Below, one piece after another: positions 1 through 18,519 of a DNA stretch of 64,000 bases. Made by a program: the position numbers and the translations under genes. Under the pieces are notes generated by a model, which made no database searches, was not told the origin of the DNA, and saw only the letters and a list, made by a program, of their open reading frames with translations. The first letter of the stretch is position 1, and each line of letters starts with the position of its first letter. The DNA comes from Nageia nagi (taxonomy: Eukaryota > Plantae > Pinophyta), in assembly GCA_050084985.1 (NCBI GenBank), contig JBITNC010000001.1:164238001-164302000 (forward strand), read 5' to 3'.

Positions 1-1057
1 TGTAATAAAGATCAGAGCAGAATAGATCCTCAAATAAGTGGCATCAAGAGACACCATAAGTATGATGTATGGGACAACCACCTATTAGAGGGATTCGATA
101 GGGATGTCAACCCCCAATTCCTATATTTATAACTTGCAAGGAAATAGAAAGGAGTGAAAGCGGACTCATGGAAATAATATAATATTTGTTGTATTGAAGA
201 TACTTTAAAATATGAACAATAGTAAATGGTATTGCATTTAATATAACACATGGTATTGCATTGTAATATCAACTTTATCTTGACATATGTAATATTATTT
301 TTTAATATTTTAGAAAAATATAAAATATGATTTATTAAATAAATAATAAATAAATCTTGAAATATCATTAATGCAACATGCATTCTTGTAAAAGAGTAGT
401 CATGATATAAACATATGCAATGTTGTCATCATATACCAAACATTCAAAGATACAATGGTCTTAATTCATTAAAAAGTACAAATTTTACAAATAAAGACAT
501 GAAGATTTTACAAAGCTAATGTCTTGAAGATAGTACTTTACATGTCGTTGGCATTTTGATTTTCATGGATTTAGCAAAAGTTATCTTCTACAAACTTGAT
601 CATGATCATCATTACCAAGCATATTTGTGAAATAATAGCATTTTCAAATAAGCATTCGATGAAATAATTATTTTACCCTTTTAATTTAAAATAACATGTA
701 AATGAAGGGCATGGACATCATGAAATTCATAAAACTAGTTTTTCAAAAAGAAAAGTCATGAAGATAATATAATTTTAAACTCAAAAAAATGTCAAAATAA
801 AGATTTGCATGCATCATTTTACCAAAATTGAAGTCAGGCATATACCTAGGGTTTAGAATCAAAATTGTTAAAAAGTAAGTTTGACATGTCATTTTCACCT
901 TTTGTCTTCTTGTGCTTACTTGGAGCTCTCTATCTATATTCCTCTTTCCTACCTATTTGCTAATGAAGATCACCTTTAACAATTCCTTATTGTTCCATTT
1001 GTGAAGTGGGTCACTGTAGCTATCATTTGACCATCATTCTACATTTTTATTGATGAC

Positions 1058-3900
1058 ATGATAGATTGGCGAGTTGTAGAGAGGCCATTGGCTAGGAGAC
1101 ACAATCATGTGGTCAAGTATATTCAGAGATTTCTAGTTGAGCACATGGTAAGTCCTCTATTTTCAATTTTTACTTATTTCCTCTTTTTATTTTCGCTTTC
1201 ATTATTGTGAGAAACCTAGGGCACATCATACTTCTACAAAATAACACCAAATGGGGGAAATACTTTTTTTAAAAAATTTTGTAATTTAATTTGATTCTAG
1301 TTTTTGATTTATTTTAAGGAGCATGAAGGTTTTTGTGTCATTTTATTCATGTTCATGCGAGATAAAAATTGGAAAGGGGGTTTTGTTATTTTATAATCAA
1401 TTTTTAGATTCAATTTTCTATACTTTTATTTGTATGAGGGATAGGTACATGGGATTTTAGGCAACTATATTGATGATTTGCCCAAGCCTTGCTTATTTGT
1501 AGTCGAATTTGAAAGGGAAATGGTTTAGTTTAGAATCGTTTTACTTTTGTAATCTGTATAATGTTCGTTAAGTATTTGATTTTATGCATTGCATGAGTTT
1601 TAATTAAATTTGTTATCTTATATTTCTTGCAGGACCAAAAACATTTAATATAAGGCATTAAAGAGAGCCTAAGGTTGGATTAGGTCCAATCGTGATAATG
1701 AGTTGCTAGAGATGGTAGGGATTTATGACTTGGCTATTGCAAGTCATTTACAAATCGATTTCCCCTTATTGATGATATTAGTGGAGTGTTGGGATCTAAA
1801 TGCTGATACATTCCACCTTTCGATTGATGAGATGAAAGTTACTCTGTTGGACATTTACATGATTTGGCATTTGCCAATATGAGGGAGACTTGTATCACAT
1901 GCCTCCATTGATAGATAGCATGAGAGGGAGGGATTATCAACATCATTAACAAGAAATGAGGACCATGATTGAGACCATTAGGCTGCATATTTACATTCAA
2001 ATTTTTAGTATGATTTGGGATTCAAGAACCTCTAATTTCTTGTGGCATATTACATTACAACATTCTTGTGTCCAAATAAGAACAAATCTATTTTTTGCCT
2101 TAGACTTGTGTGGATTGTCAAAGATATTTGTGCCAAGGGTATAGTATATGCTTGGGGACCTTGTATTTTTGCTCAATTATATTGGGATTTGCATTACATT
2201 ATTACTATGGCTAAGTCTAATGTGACGATGGCCCATGCAACACCACTACAGGTTTGGGCATATGAACATATTACTATGTTTAGGCATGCTAGTTTGGCGA
2301 GACAACAAAGTGGTCTTATTGATCCTATTATGTATTGTTGGGTTTCTATTATGGGTTACTTTTGAGAATCATGTGACATTGAGGCATAGAGGAGGGAGAT
2401 AAATGACCTCCAGGTTGATGACATTGAGCGGGTAGCCTATCGAGACTACATGGTGGATGAGAACACATGTTGGTGTGTATAATGCATTATTATAAAGGTT
2501 TTGTAATAATCTTCTATGTAAGTTCACTAATACTTAAGGGTATCATTTGATACCTTAAGTATTTAAGTGAATATGATAATGTTACTTTTCTTACACTCCA
2601 TGTCATGAGCATGCCCCTTAGATAAAAGGATGTGCATGTCATGCTTTTGTACATTGGATAAAAAGGTGATCCAAAAAGGGATTTTGGCCTATAAATAGAA
2701 GGCTCCCTCTTTGTGATTACACACCAATTGTGGAGTAAAGTTATGCAATAGGATAATGGTTAGGAGAAAAGAGTAGGAGGATTATAAGAGTTCATATTTG
2801 TTAAGAAGAGAGATCTAGTTAGTAGATGTACTCCTAGTTGGAGGAACCACTTACATTTTGTGTTATCTTTGTGAGATTGCTTTGTGTGATAGTTAGATGT
2901 GAATTGCGAGCTTTCATGTGATCTTGGTAGTTTAGGATTGTTCATGTTATATTTCAATTCTCTCAACACATACCATATTGTCTAGGTGAGGCATCATTAT
3001 TTCCTATAGACACTACATAATGAGGTAGAGCCCTATTATCCAAGATGAGTGCTATGATAGTTTGGTTTAACACATGATATTCTTACAAGAGTTAGTTATT
3101 ATCTTTGATAGATGCATGAGGCAAATCCACCTTAAGGTGCACTAATGATGCTCGTGTGGAGGAGCACATGGGAGGAGCCAATAGAGGTAGATAGACCAAT
3201 TATTGTTTCTTTTGCCCTTGATGCTATTTCGAGGTATGAGGCATGGTTGATAGGTATTAGGCCTATGCCATTTGGCATTCCCACCACATACAACAAGGAA
3301 AACATAAAGGTATCTATCGAGGAGTCATTCGATGAGGATGATGAGGATCTAAAGATGCTGGGTGAGGAGCCACTGCCTTATACGCCCTAAGCTTTAAGGA
3401 CCCAAGTGGCTGGGATATACTTGCTAACAGAGGCCATCCCACTAGTTCCTTTAGGTATAGTTTTTTATGTTTAGTTTATTTATTAATGTATTAATATTGA
3501 TTTTATTTATATTTACATAGGATACAATAACTAGGATAGTTGTGTTGGAGGAGGAGATTTCCACACTTTAGCCTTTGAAGGTTGAAGTTGACAAGTTGAG
3601 ACCCATGGAGGCCAATGTAGTTAGCTTAAGGAGCATTGTTAGTGAGTTACAAGCTACACTAGCTACAAGGGATGCTCAAAGTTTTATCCTTGAGTAGGAT
3701 AATAAGAGGATGATGGAGCAGTTGTCTATGCCACCTCCAAATGAGTCTTGGGATTTTATGTTCATGCAGATGGAGATGAACCAACACCTACACCAATAGA
3801 TTGAAAATCTTAAGGAGAAATATGAGAAGGCCAAGGCACTCTTGGTAGCCCATGGGATCATGAGTAGTGGCATATCAGGTTCCTTGGGGATGTATATAGA
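1058..3900 (+). pseudogene. Plant mobile domain (PMD, MAIN-like) accessory gene remnant of the Gypsy element
   Basis: PMD motifs LVECWDLNADTFHLSIDEMKVTLLDIYMIWHLPI (~1780-1880) and YAWGPCIFAQLYWDLH...LQVWAYEHI (2042-2365). A coiled-coil-like tail is at ~3540-3860. There are many stops, and a nested LTR interrupts the gene. Confidence 0.75.
2491..2968 (+). mobile_element. Solo LTR nested in the PMD remnant, related to the Copia LTR at 50403
   Basis: It shares CTATAAATAG and AGATCTAGTT...GATGTACTCC...GGAGGAACCACTTA...GTGTTATCTT blocks with the 50403-50891 LTR and ends in ...CAACA. No TSD was resolved. Confidence 0.65.
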
Positions 3901-3988
3901 TAGCAAGGATCGTAAGAACCGTAGGATAGATAGTGGGAGTGGTAGTAGAGGGAGCCACTCATGAGGCTTTGTATGGACATATTTTCAT

Positions 3989-3992
<4 letters not shown>

Positions 3993-4036
<44 letters not shown>
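3993..4036. repeat. (AT)22 microsatellite
   Basis: Perfect AT dinucleotide run. Confidence 0.95.
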
Positions 4037-4040
<4 letters not shown>

Positions 4041-5105
4041 CAAACTTTTTGTGTATGAAAAATTATTATTGTTTATGTATGGATGTGTTTATTTATTTAA
4101 ATTTATTAATTAATTTCTTAACAAAAATATACAAAAAATTGCATATTAACAAATCATTAAAAAAATTATAATTTTTACAAAAAAATCTACATAGCCAAGT
4201 TTTTCCAAATTAACAAACCCAAAACATTACAACAAATGCCTAAAATGATTCATTACAACTGACAGAAATACATTGCATTTTTATTTTCTTTTCTATCCTA
4301 GAAAATGCACAATGTGGATGTTGTACGAACAGTTTTATGATGTCCATGCATTAAAAATTTATGATTTTTTAGAAGCAATGTATAGAAAAATTGAATGACA
4401 TTTACCTAGTAACACAACGAAGCATGTATACACAAAAATTCAAAAAATTAAAAATATAAAAATACACTATAATACATGGTGCATCTAAAGTCTATGAATT
4501 TAACCAATGACATGATGTACCAAGGTGGATTGTGGAACCCACTTACAGTTTGCTGATGCAGGCACAAATTGGGATAAATTTTGTTGATAAACACACGATG
4601 CTAGCGACATGCGAATAATTTATTATGATGTTTGCGCTCCTCGTTTTTTGATTTTTGGTGTTATTATTTATTAGTGAAGCTCTTTGAAGCCTCAAGGTTT
4701 ACTATTTAATATGTTTTATCCTGCATCTATTAGTGAAATAATACTAAAAATAATTTGGGGTACTTACCATTCCAATGCATCCCCTAAGCTGTTGGTTCAT
4801 TTGAGGCAAAGGATTTGTGAAGATTTCAAGCTTTCTATTATTAGGATGCACAAGATCAACATCACTCTCTTCCTATATTGGAGTATCATCTATCCAAATA
4901 GATTTTTTATTAATGAAGTCTTGTATAGTATTTCTTAAATTCCTATAATTTTTTATTAGGTCTCCTGACATTATATGATAATTACAAAATTCTTCAAATC
5001 TATTATTTTCAAGAACACCATTTAGAAAATGATGCTAAAATATTAGTGGTAATTTAATGAGATCTTTATATAGAAAGACATTTAAGATATTATCAACACT
5101 TTCAT

Positions 5106-5738
5106 TTAATTTGGTATCTTTCTTTTAGGTTGTAAATACATCTTACTTGCACTTATTGTTGCTACTACTTGCATTGGAGATGGATACATTTTTACCTTTA
5201 GATTGTTGCCTTTTTGGAGCTCTTTATAATTTTGCAAGATGCAAGGCTCTTTTTTAAGAAAATTGTCAATTATCTTTCCCAAAGAGATATCATCGTAATA
5301 CAATACTTCTAATTTAAACACAAGTAACAAAGAATTTGCAAAAGTATCTTTTAAATCTTGTTCAGTAGCAGTAACTTTATTTGTAACCTTTTTCCTCATT
5401 TTCACAAAATTAGTCAAAGATTTTCTTTGCACTTGCTTAAGTTTGCATAAATCCCTAAATTCAGTTTTATCTTGAATATTGTATTTGAAATTAGCAATGA
5501 ATTATAAAACAAGATCCTCATATTTATCAATGCTCTTTTCAGGAAGGGAGAAATACCATTTCAAGGCATCATCTTTCAAGCTGCTTGAAAATAATTTAGC
5601 AAGCATATCATAATCATGGAAAAATTCAATAACTTCATGAAATTTTCTAACATGCATTTTTGGATCTTGAAAACCACTAAATTTTATGAACATGATGCTC
5701 TTTTTACTACTATAAACTCTAGAAAAAAATTCTATCAC
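5106..5738 (-). pseudogene. Gypsy retrotransposon gag (Retrotrans_gag) remnant
   Basis: Translation FSGFQDPKMHVRKF...MLAKLFSSSLKDDALKWYFSLPEKSIDKYEDLV, then LxNFVK..., interrupted by stops. Confidence 0.8.
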
Positions 5739-7540
5739 TCAAAGGATGTTTCAGATAAAGTAAGAAATCATCATCATCATTATAAAATGCGTGTTCTATT
5801 TTTGCAAGTTTTTCATGTAATTGAGTGTTATACTTAGGTGAAGGCATTGGAGCGATTTGTGTAATAGAAGATTGGACAATGGGTTGTTGAGGCAATACTA
5901 CTGGTTGTGAAGCATAATGTGGATTGGTAGGTTCACTAGTGTTAGGGGGCGATAGAGGGGGTTATGGTGGAAGAATGTTGTTTTACAGGGAAGGTGAAGG
6001 TATAGGTTGTGGAATAGGTATTTGAGTTGCTTTCTTCAATTTGACTTCTTTTAGCTTTAATAAGGGACCAATTTTATTGGTTCTTTTTTCCTTTATATTA
6101 TCTAGCAAGTCAAATATGAAATCTAATTGTTGGTCATCAATGACATTTTCAAAGGTATTTAACTCTTGTGCCTCTATTAGAATATCAATTTTAATTTCAT
6201 ACTCCTCTTTTGTCCAATTAGGTTTCTTTTTAAAAGCTTTATTAATTAAAGCATTAATTTGATCATGCACATTTTCAGGTTTATCGAAATTAGTCATAAT
6301 ACCCTTACCGTTGTCATGATAGATGTAGTTATTGAGCTTACCTATTTCATGTTGTTCAGGAATATCTACCTGAGGCATCAAAGTATCATTGTTATGTACA
6401 TGATTATCCTTAGCTGGCACTATTTTAGGAACGCCAAAAGATTCTATTTCGATGGCATCAACGGTGTACGAATAACTAGGTACAAAATCAATGCTTTACC
6501 TTTTATTGATAAATACCCTATGTTTTGATGAACTTACATTTTCATATTGAAATAAAGATTTCAACAAAAGTAGAGTATTGGGCTATGACTCTAATAGCTC
6601 ATGCTATCAAAATATTCATAATAGCCTCAACATTGTTAGTAACAAAATATTCCATTCTATCATTTTGGGCCATCAATTCTTTAATAGATCTAACATTTGT
6701 AGGAATGACATCAAGATCATCATTTTCAATTCATTTTTAGACGTATCAGCAAAGCTTGCTTGATTTACACTTTCAAAATCACCATTAGCAAAGTCCATAT
6801 TAAACTTGTTAAGGGTTTGGCCAATGATGTTCATGCAACAACTAGAGTTTACATATTCAATTTCTTGTTCATTGGTTGCTATACAATCATGTGGATTGGG
6901 TTCACAAAATTCAAGAGGTATATCAGGGTTAATCCCAGTACTCCTAATTTCATCAAAATGAACCTTCCCTCTAGAAAACTTAGGTCACTCCTCAATGAAA
7001 AATATCTTTGGGATATAGGCATAACAAACCTTAAGTTTTATCATTTTGGTGGGTAACTACTTTAACAACATACAGTAAGGGAAGAAAGAGTAGTGCAAAG
7101 GGATTCATGACTCTCCAATGAAAGATGTCCTAGGGGGAAAGCCTAGGTGTGTAGGATCCATGTCGGGTTCACCATAAATGTAGAGAGTAAATTGTGTAAA
7201 CAATAAGTATAAACACAAAATAATTCTACAAAGATGACACTTATTCAAATACACAGATAAATAAATGAAAAATGTGCACCTGATTATGATGTGAAAATCC
7301 TCAAGGTATGGCAAGGGAACATGGAGGACTAGATCGGATCAGAGATGAACTTGACGATGATAACATGAATCATGTAAATCAACTATCATTGTCTCTTCTA
7401 TTTCTAGCTTTGTATCACAAATGCGCACACCATTGATGTGCAAGTTCTACAATGTTGTCATTGTAAGACTTGCAAAATTAGATTGCGCACATAAATATAA
7501 CATGTAATATAGCTCATATCATAACATATCCTCGAATAGG

Positions 7541-7672
7541 TGGCATCAAGAGACATTGTAAGTATGATGTATGGGAAAACCACCTATCAGAGAGATTTGA
7601 TAGAGATGGCATCAAGAGACATTGTAAGTATGATGTATGGGAAAACCACTTATTAGAGAAATTCGATAGAGA
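7541..7672. repeat. 66-bp tandem duplication inside the Gypsy LTR
   Basis: TGGCATCAAGAGACATTGTAAGTATGATGTATGGGAAAACCAC...GATAGAGA occurs twice here but only once in the copy at 39-105. Confidence 0.85.
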
Positions 7673-9450
7673 TGTGAACCCCCAACTCCAATATTTATAA
7701 CCTACAAAGAAATAGAAAGTAGTGAAAGGTAACTCATAGCAATAATATAATCTTTCTTGTATTCAAATATACTTTAAAATATGAACCATGATAAATGATA
7801 TTGTATTTAATACAACACATGGCATTGCATTGTAACACTAATTTTATCTTGACATATGTAATATTTCTTTTAATACTTTAGAGAAATCTAAAATATGATT
7901 TATTAAATAAATAATAAATCAATTTTAGCTATCTACATCAAGTTTGGGGAACTAGCTTGAGACACTTTGGTTGGGCCCCTTTTAAGAGGGTTTTGGTCGA
8001 ATATGCTTTCAATATCCATTCAAACCAAAATAATTATCCCTTATTTCATCATCTTGGTTGAATTTGATGCATATCCCTTGTTGGATATTATAATAGTCCA
8101 CATTATTGAATAGAATCTATCATATGATATCAATATCTCCTATCTTAAAGAGACACCTTCTTTTAACTTTGAAATTCCCAATGCAACTTGCAAGTAAAGG
8201 CATTAGCTAGTGTTGGCACTTACATGCCACTTCTCTCCTACAGTCCAAAAGTCTACTTTTAGATGAGCTAATACTTCTACTAGAGATATTAACAAAACGA
8301 TTAGGAAGGAAATATACTTAACTTATTTGAAGAGAACTTGGATTACACTAAAAAGATTGCTTTCAAAAAAGCTCTTACATTATATCTAGGTTTACATGAA
8401 ATTGGAGAATGGTGCTATTGTCATCCTCGATTACATCAAACTACACATATCACATGGTCTCAAATCCCCTCTTGGTTAGATAATGGTTTGCTCACACTCA
8501 CTCCATATCAAGATAAACCATCATATCACTAAAGACCAATGTATATGCAAATAATGCAACATGGAACTAGAGACTGAAGAGAATTTCATATTCATCTATC
8601 CCATTTACTATGAAATTCGAGGTTGATATCATTGCCTATTTAGAAATACCCCTACCTCAAAATCATGGATGAATTACAAAGATAAAAAATGCATCACACT
8701 TGAAAACAAAGAAGCCACCAACCTTAGATAGAAAGTAATCGCTAGTAGATCCCACAACTTAATGAGTTCCAAACTTATCACATCTTTTTTTCAACTATAG
8801 GAAGCTACAAGTTGAAAGCGTAATATGATCCTTAAAGACTCTAGAAGGACTAATCGTTGACACTTTATAACTAAACCCACTAAGGTTAGTCCCTCTGGCT
8901 ACAACATGCTGAGCTTATTCCTAACCATGAATGCTTGGGAAGCCCCTTTACTCCCAATATGCAATATTCTCGGTTTCAATCAAACTTATTAGATTTGACA
9001 CTTTGAAACCCCTCTCTTCTTTTCCCTCGTCTACTTCTCTTTATTACACATCATAGTCTTATTAAGTGTTCTTTTGCTCTTCTTATATATTTTTTGTAGA
9101 GTCCCATTAACCATTATTTTTGTCATCCATGGACATTAATATCAAATATAAAATTTCTCTCACTTTATATCATGATAAAAACTCTTTAATTCTATAAATT
9201 CACAATAAATACTCGTAAAATTATATTACAAATACAAAACTGATGATAAACAATTAATAAAGATGACATATGTTTCATATTTAAATATAATTATTGATTA
9301 AATTTATATGTAAAAGAACTAAATGCATTTCTTTTATATTATACACATCTAATCAACCTAACATTATAGACAAATACAATAATTTATTCAACAAAATAAT
9401 TACACCAATTTAAAAAAAATACTTCTACAAATACTTGTTGCCCGTCCACA

Positions 9451-9459
9451 AAACCCTAG
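9451..9459 (+). promoter_or_regulatory. Telo-box (AAACCCTA) about 45 bp upstream of the RPB10 ATG
   Basis: AAAACCCTAG lies just 5' of the start codon. Telo-boxes are typical of plant housekeeping and gene-expression-machinery genes. Confidence 0.55.
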
Positions 9460-9502
9460 CGATCTTCTATAGCTAAACTCTGCGGTCCTTCAGCGAGAAA
9501 AA

Positions 9503-14643
<5,141 letters not shown>

Positions 14644-16899
14644 TCATGAAGCCCCTATTGGTTTATTATGGAGGAAGTTTTGCTAATGCATTTTGGACTG
14701 GTTATGATTCATGCATGTAATTTAATACTCTGATATAAATAGCATGAGTTTTACTCACCAGTTGTGATCTTGAGATCCTTAAATCTATTGTGCTATTCTA
14801 AACTACGCTTCATAGTGATAGTTGGGAATCATTGTGGTTATAGTAAACTAGCGGGTTGTACAACACCAATACATCTGAATGCTCAAGGAAATGTATTAGT
14901 TTTGTAATCATACATATTTGAATACTAACATGTTTGTTTTGACGGTATAGTACTTTTGCTGTCAGTATAGCTTTCTTTTGTTTTCCCAGCTCGTGTCAAG
15001 TTTGGATCATTTTTGTGACAGTATCTAGCCTTTTTATATGCTACAAAACTATTACTATATTATTAATGGTTGTCCTTTGTTTTTCCAGCTCTTGTCTAGT
15101 TTGGACCATCTTTGTGACAGTATCAAATTTTTATATGCTACAAGGCTATGTAATATGTATTATCCACGGCTATTTTTAGTAGAAATTTTTTTTATAAGCT
15201 ACAAAGCTATGATTTTGCTATTTATATATTATAGATGGCTGTTTCGTGCTCAGGAAAACTTGCTGTGTACTTTGTAAAATGGCATACATTCAAGTCAAAA
15301 AATGTAGTGAACTTGAAATTACATTGAACACCATGGGCAACATGGACATGGAATGGACAAATAAGAATTGTAGTTTCTTAATGGATGGCTATTAACAGTT
15401 TTTCAATTATAATTTCATCACCTCTTAAAATCTGTTAAATCAATTCTCTACTATTTGGTAGATACTTTCACAAGCCTTCTATGAAATACAAACATTGTAA
15501 AAAGTTATTAGTTATATAATTGAATATTTGCTTCACATGTATTTCTTGCAATTTCTTAACTGCAAAGAGTTGTATGATAAAATATATGAAATAGTGGATT
15601 CTCTGATATTTTTTAGCACTCGTTTGTCAAAAAATCTTTTGTTTGTAGTATAAGCTAAGGTTTGCCAACACTCTATTCAACCAAATGAATTGTATGTTTG
15701 AATGGAAAGTCTGTTAAATGATATTCAGGTGAAATTTCTTCAGGGTAAATTCAATTTTCAGGTAACAGTGCAAAATGTCTAGATCTATCATTTTAAAGTT
15801 TATTGCATGAGTATATTTTTGCTGCATGATTTTGTGAAATAGTAGTGTAAGAACTCTCCTGCTTTCTTTCCTTCTTTGTTTGTTCTATTAATTTATCAAT
15901 GCTGGTACAATAACCAACTTATTGGCGGACACTGATATTTACAATGATGGTATTTATGTTTTAATATCTGTGCTTGCATTCATCTCTACTTTGAAGGGAT
16001 AATCATCAATTGAAATTTGTTTATGTTTTTATACCATGTTGTGAATGAGTTTGTTTTCTCAATCATGAATTTTGTTTTCATTGTTCTGTAGTCCAAACAC
16101 CATTCAAGTGGAGCACATATATGTAATACATCTTTTATAACTAACCAATCTCAGGCATGAGGTGATGATGTAAAGCTCTTCCACTCATGTGAGGCAAAAC
16201 AACATCAAGCTACTAAGTGCAAAATTCAACCGGCTGACACTATTTGCATTAATTCACAACTGATTTATCTGACATTCTGTTTATGGATTTGACATCCCAC
16301 TTTACAATGAACCTCCCAAAACTTTTTAAAGTCCTATATTTATCCATTGTAGGATTGCAAACAATCTTATCAGACATATCAACATCGGAAGTGATCCATA
16401 AATTAGAGTTTTTTTAGGGTTTCATCACTTCTAGAATTTTATTCTCTCACTACATAGAACATATTTGCTGATAAATATTACATCACAGTTAAAACACACA
16501 TTATTTGACATTCCTTTACTTTATATATTGAGTTGTATCACTAACATACAAGGGAGATTTTGATCATGATTGAAGTTTGTCCTGGACCCTTGAAACATCT
16601 AGAACAAGTATGAATCTTTTTCCAAATATTTATTTTCTAAATTCCTTATTTAAAAAAATTGACGTACTTTTGGAGCTAGCCTTCCTGACCTTGGGACTTA
16701 CATTATCATTTATTAATATACTCTATCAAAGTAATCTATGTATCTATGAACTAGATAATCTTTGTTAGGATCAGGTATGGCTAGGATAAGAGCTAAAGTG
16801 AATAGCTCCTTGACTCTACCAAAATCCTCCTTGCATTGAGTTATCAAAGGAAAATGATTTTTGTTCCTTTAAAAAGAAGTGATGGGATGAGCAATCTAA

Positions 16900-17790
16900 A
16901 GGATTTTAAATTTTTCAATAATAACATACCAATTTTATGAGGTTGTGAACTTCCAAGACATTAGTGCGTATTAGCCAATCCATGATTGCCCTAATCTATG
17001 AAATGTCAATAAAGACACTCTCATAAAAGTATGTGTCCCAAATACTATATCTTTCTCTACAAGAAACAATACTTTAAGAACTTATCAAACAACTCATGTT
17101 ATTGAAGATACTACAACACCAACTTCAAGTACTTTTCGCTTTTTCCCATTCTTTGATAAAATGAAGATGTCATCCAAGGATACCAATAGGAAAGTGTCGA
17201 AGTACCTTTTGAACACATCATTCTTTTATATGAATATTGCATAGGTTTATGATAGCCCGAAAGTAACCACTATAAACTTGTAATGATTATAATATATTTT
17301 TAAAGTTTAATCATGAATATCTACTTGCTTAATCCTCAATTGGTAATATCATAATCTCAAATCAATCTTAGATAATTTTTAGCACATTTCATTTGGCCAA
17401 AGAGGTCATTAATTTATGATAACGGATAAGAGTTTGTCACCACTATCTTATTTGGCTAATAGTGATCTATACACAACCTCATGGATCCTCCTTTGTTCTT
17501 GATCTATTAGAGGGGCTCCCATAGAGATATAGTTAGATATATAAAGCCCTTATGAAGAAATTCTTATAACTAGACCTTTAATCTTAATCAACTTCAGAAT
17601 GGTAATCTTATAAGAGGCTTGCCAGGCAAGCACAATCCTAAGTATAATCTCAATGAAGATCTTCAACTCTTTACAAGGTGAAAGTTTAGGTGATTCCTCA
17701 ATATATACATGCTCAAAATCATGGAGGATGAAAGACTAGGGTAGGTCACTCATCCTTGTCCTCTAAGGGGTCTTCATTGATTGTGATGAT
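16900..17790 (-). mobile_element. Decayed Ty3/gypsy reverse transcriptase fragment
   Basis: The minus strand gives NDVFKRYFDTFLLVSLDDIFI (YxDD site) and YYQLRIK, with many stops. Confidence 0.65.
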
Positions 17791-18519
17791 GTATGTCTAA
17801 TAATTCTAATAATAGTTGACAAATGATTCCATTATGATTTAATGATATAACAATCATTTAATGATACATTGATGGTAATTATGAATTATTAATCAAAGAC
17901 CAGTCTCATATCATTTTTTTCTTTCTTTAGTTTTTTTTTTATTTTTATTATTTATGTTGATGGGATCACTAGGCTAATGGTAATAGACAATTGGGCTCCA
18001 TTTCTTTATCTAGGCACAAAATATAACTTTTACCAATTTTGGCCAATTTATGGTGTTTATTTTAAGGAAAATTTGAAGAATCCTTCAATTTTCTTTTTAG
18101 GAAAATATGGGGTCTCTTTAAATTCACTAATATTAGGCAAATTCTTTTTTAAATTCACAAATATGCCGCGAATTTGTATACTTCTTACAGATCCCATCCC
18201 AACTTTCCTTGACTGGTTTTACACACTTTCCAGAATTGCCCGTGTTTTGATTTCTCTTGCTTTGGATCGCCCGCACTTTAGATTCTCTCACTATGGATCA
18301 CCCACAGTCTGATTCCAGAGAATTTGTGCACATTAGGATCTTACTGAGTCAATTTAGCTGTTATTCCACACCTTTGATCTCTCTAGATAAGACATGAAAC
18401 CACAATTCGCAGATTTATAGATTTGTGTTTGTTTTCTCTTTAAAACAGCAACACATAAAATGAATTTACAGTTTAATTAGCTCCCTCTTCATGAATTACA
18501 TATTATAGAAGAAACTTAA

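Larger units (their letters stand above)
1..7937 (-). mobile_element. Degenerate, pol-less Ty3/gypsy-type LTR element (gag on -, PMD gene on +)
   Basis: Bases ~39-350 repeat ~7607-7920. The right LTR is 7179-7937, with TGTAGA...TCTACA ends. A minus-strand PBS-like TGGTGAACCCGAC lies at 7162-7174. A gag capsid remnant is at 5106-5738. The exact end of the left LTR is unresolved. Confidence 0.7.

Noticed and set aside
3858-4043. 61-aa ORF containing IYIYIY
   Set aside because: It is an artefact of the (AT)n microsatellite.
17977-18330. 111-aa ORF and CpG-retaining patch downstream of the oxidoreductase
   Set aside because: There is no recognisable domain or splice structure, so the evidence is insufficient.
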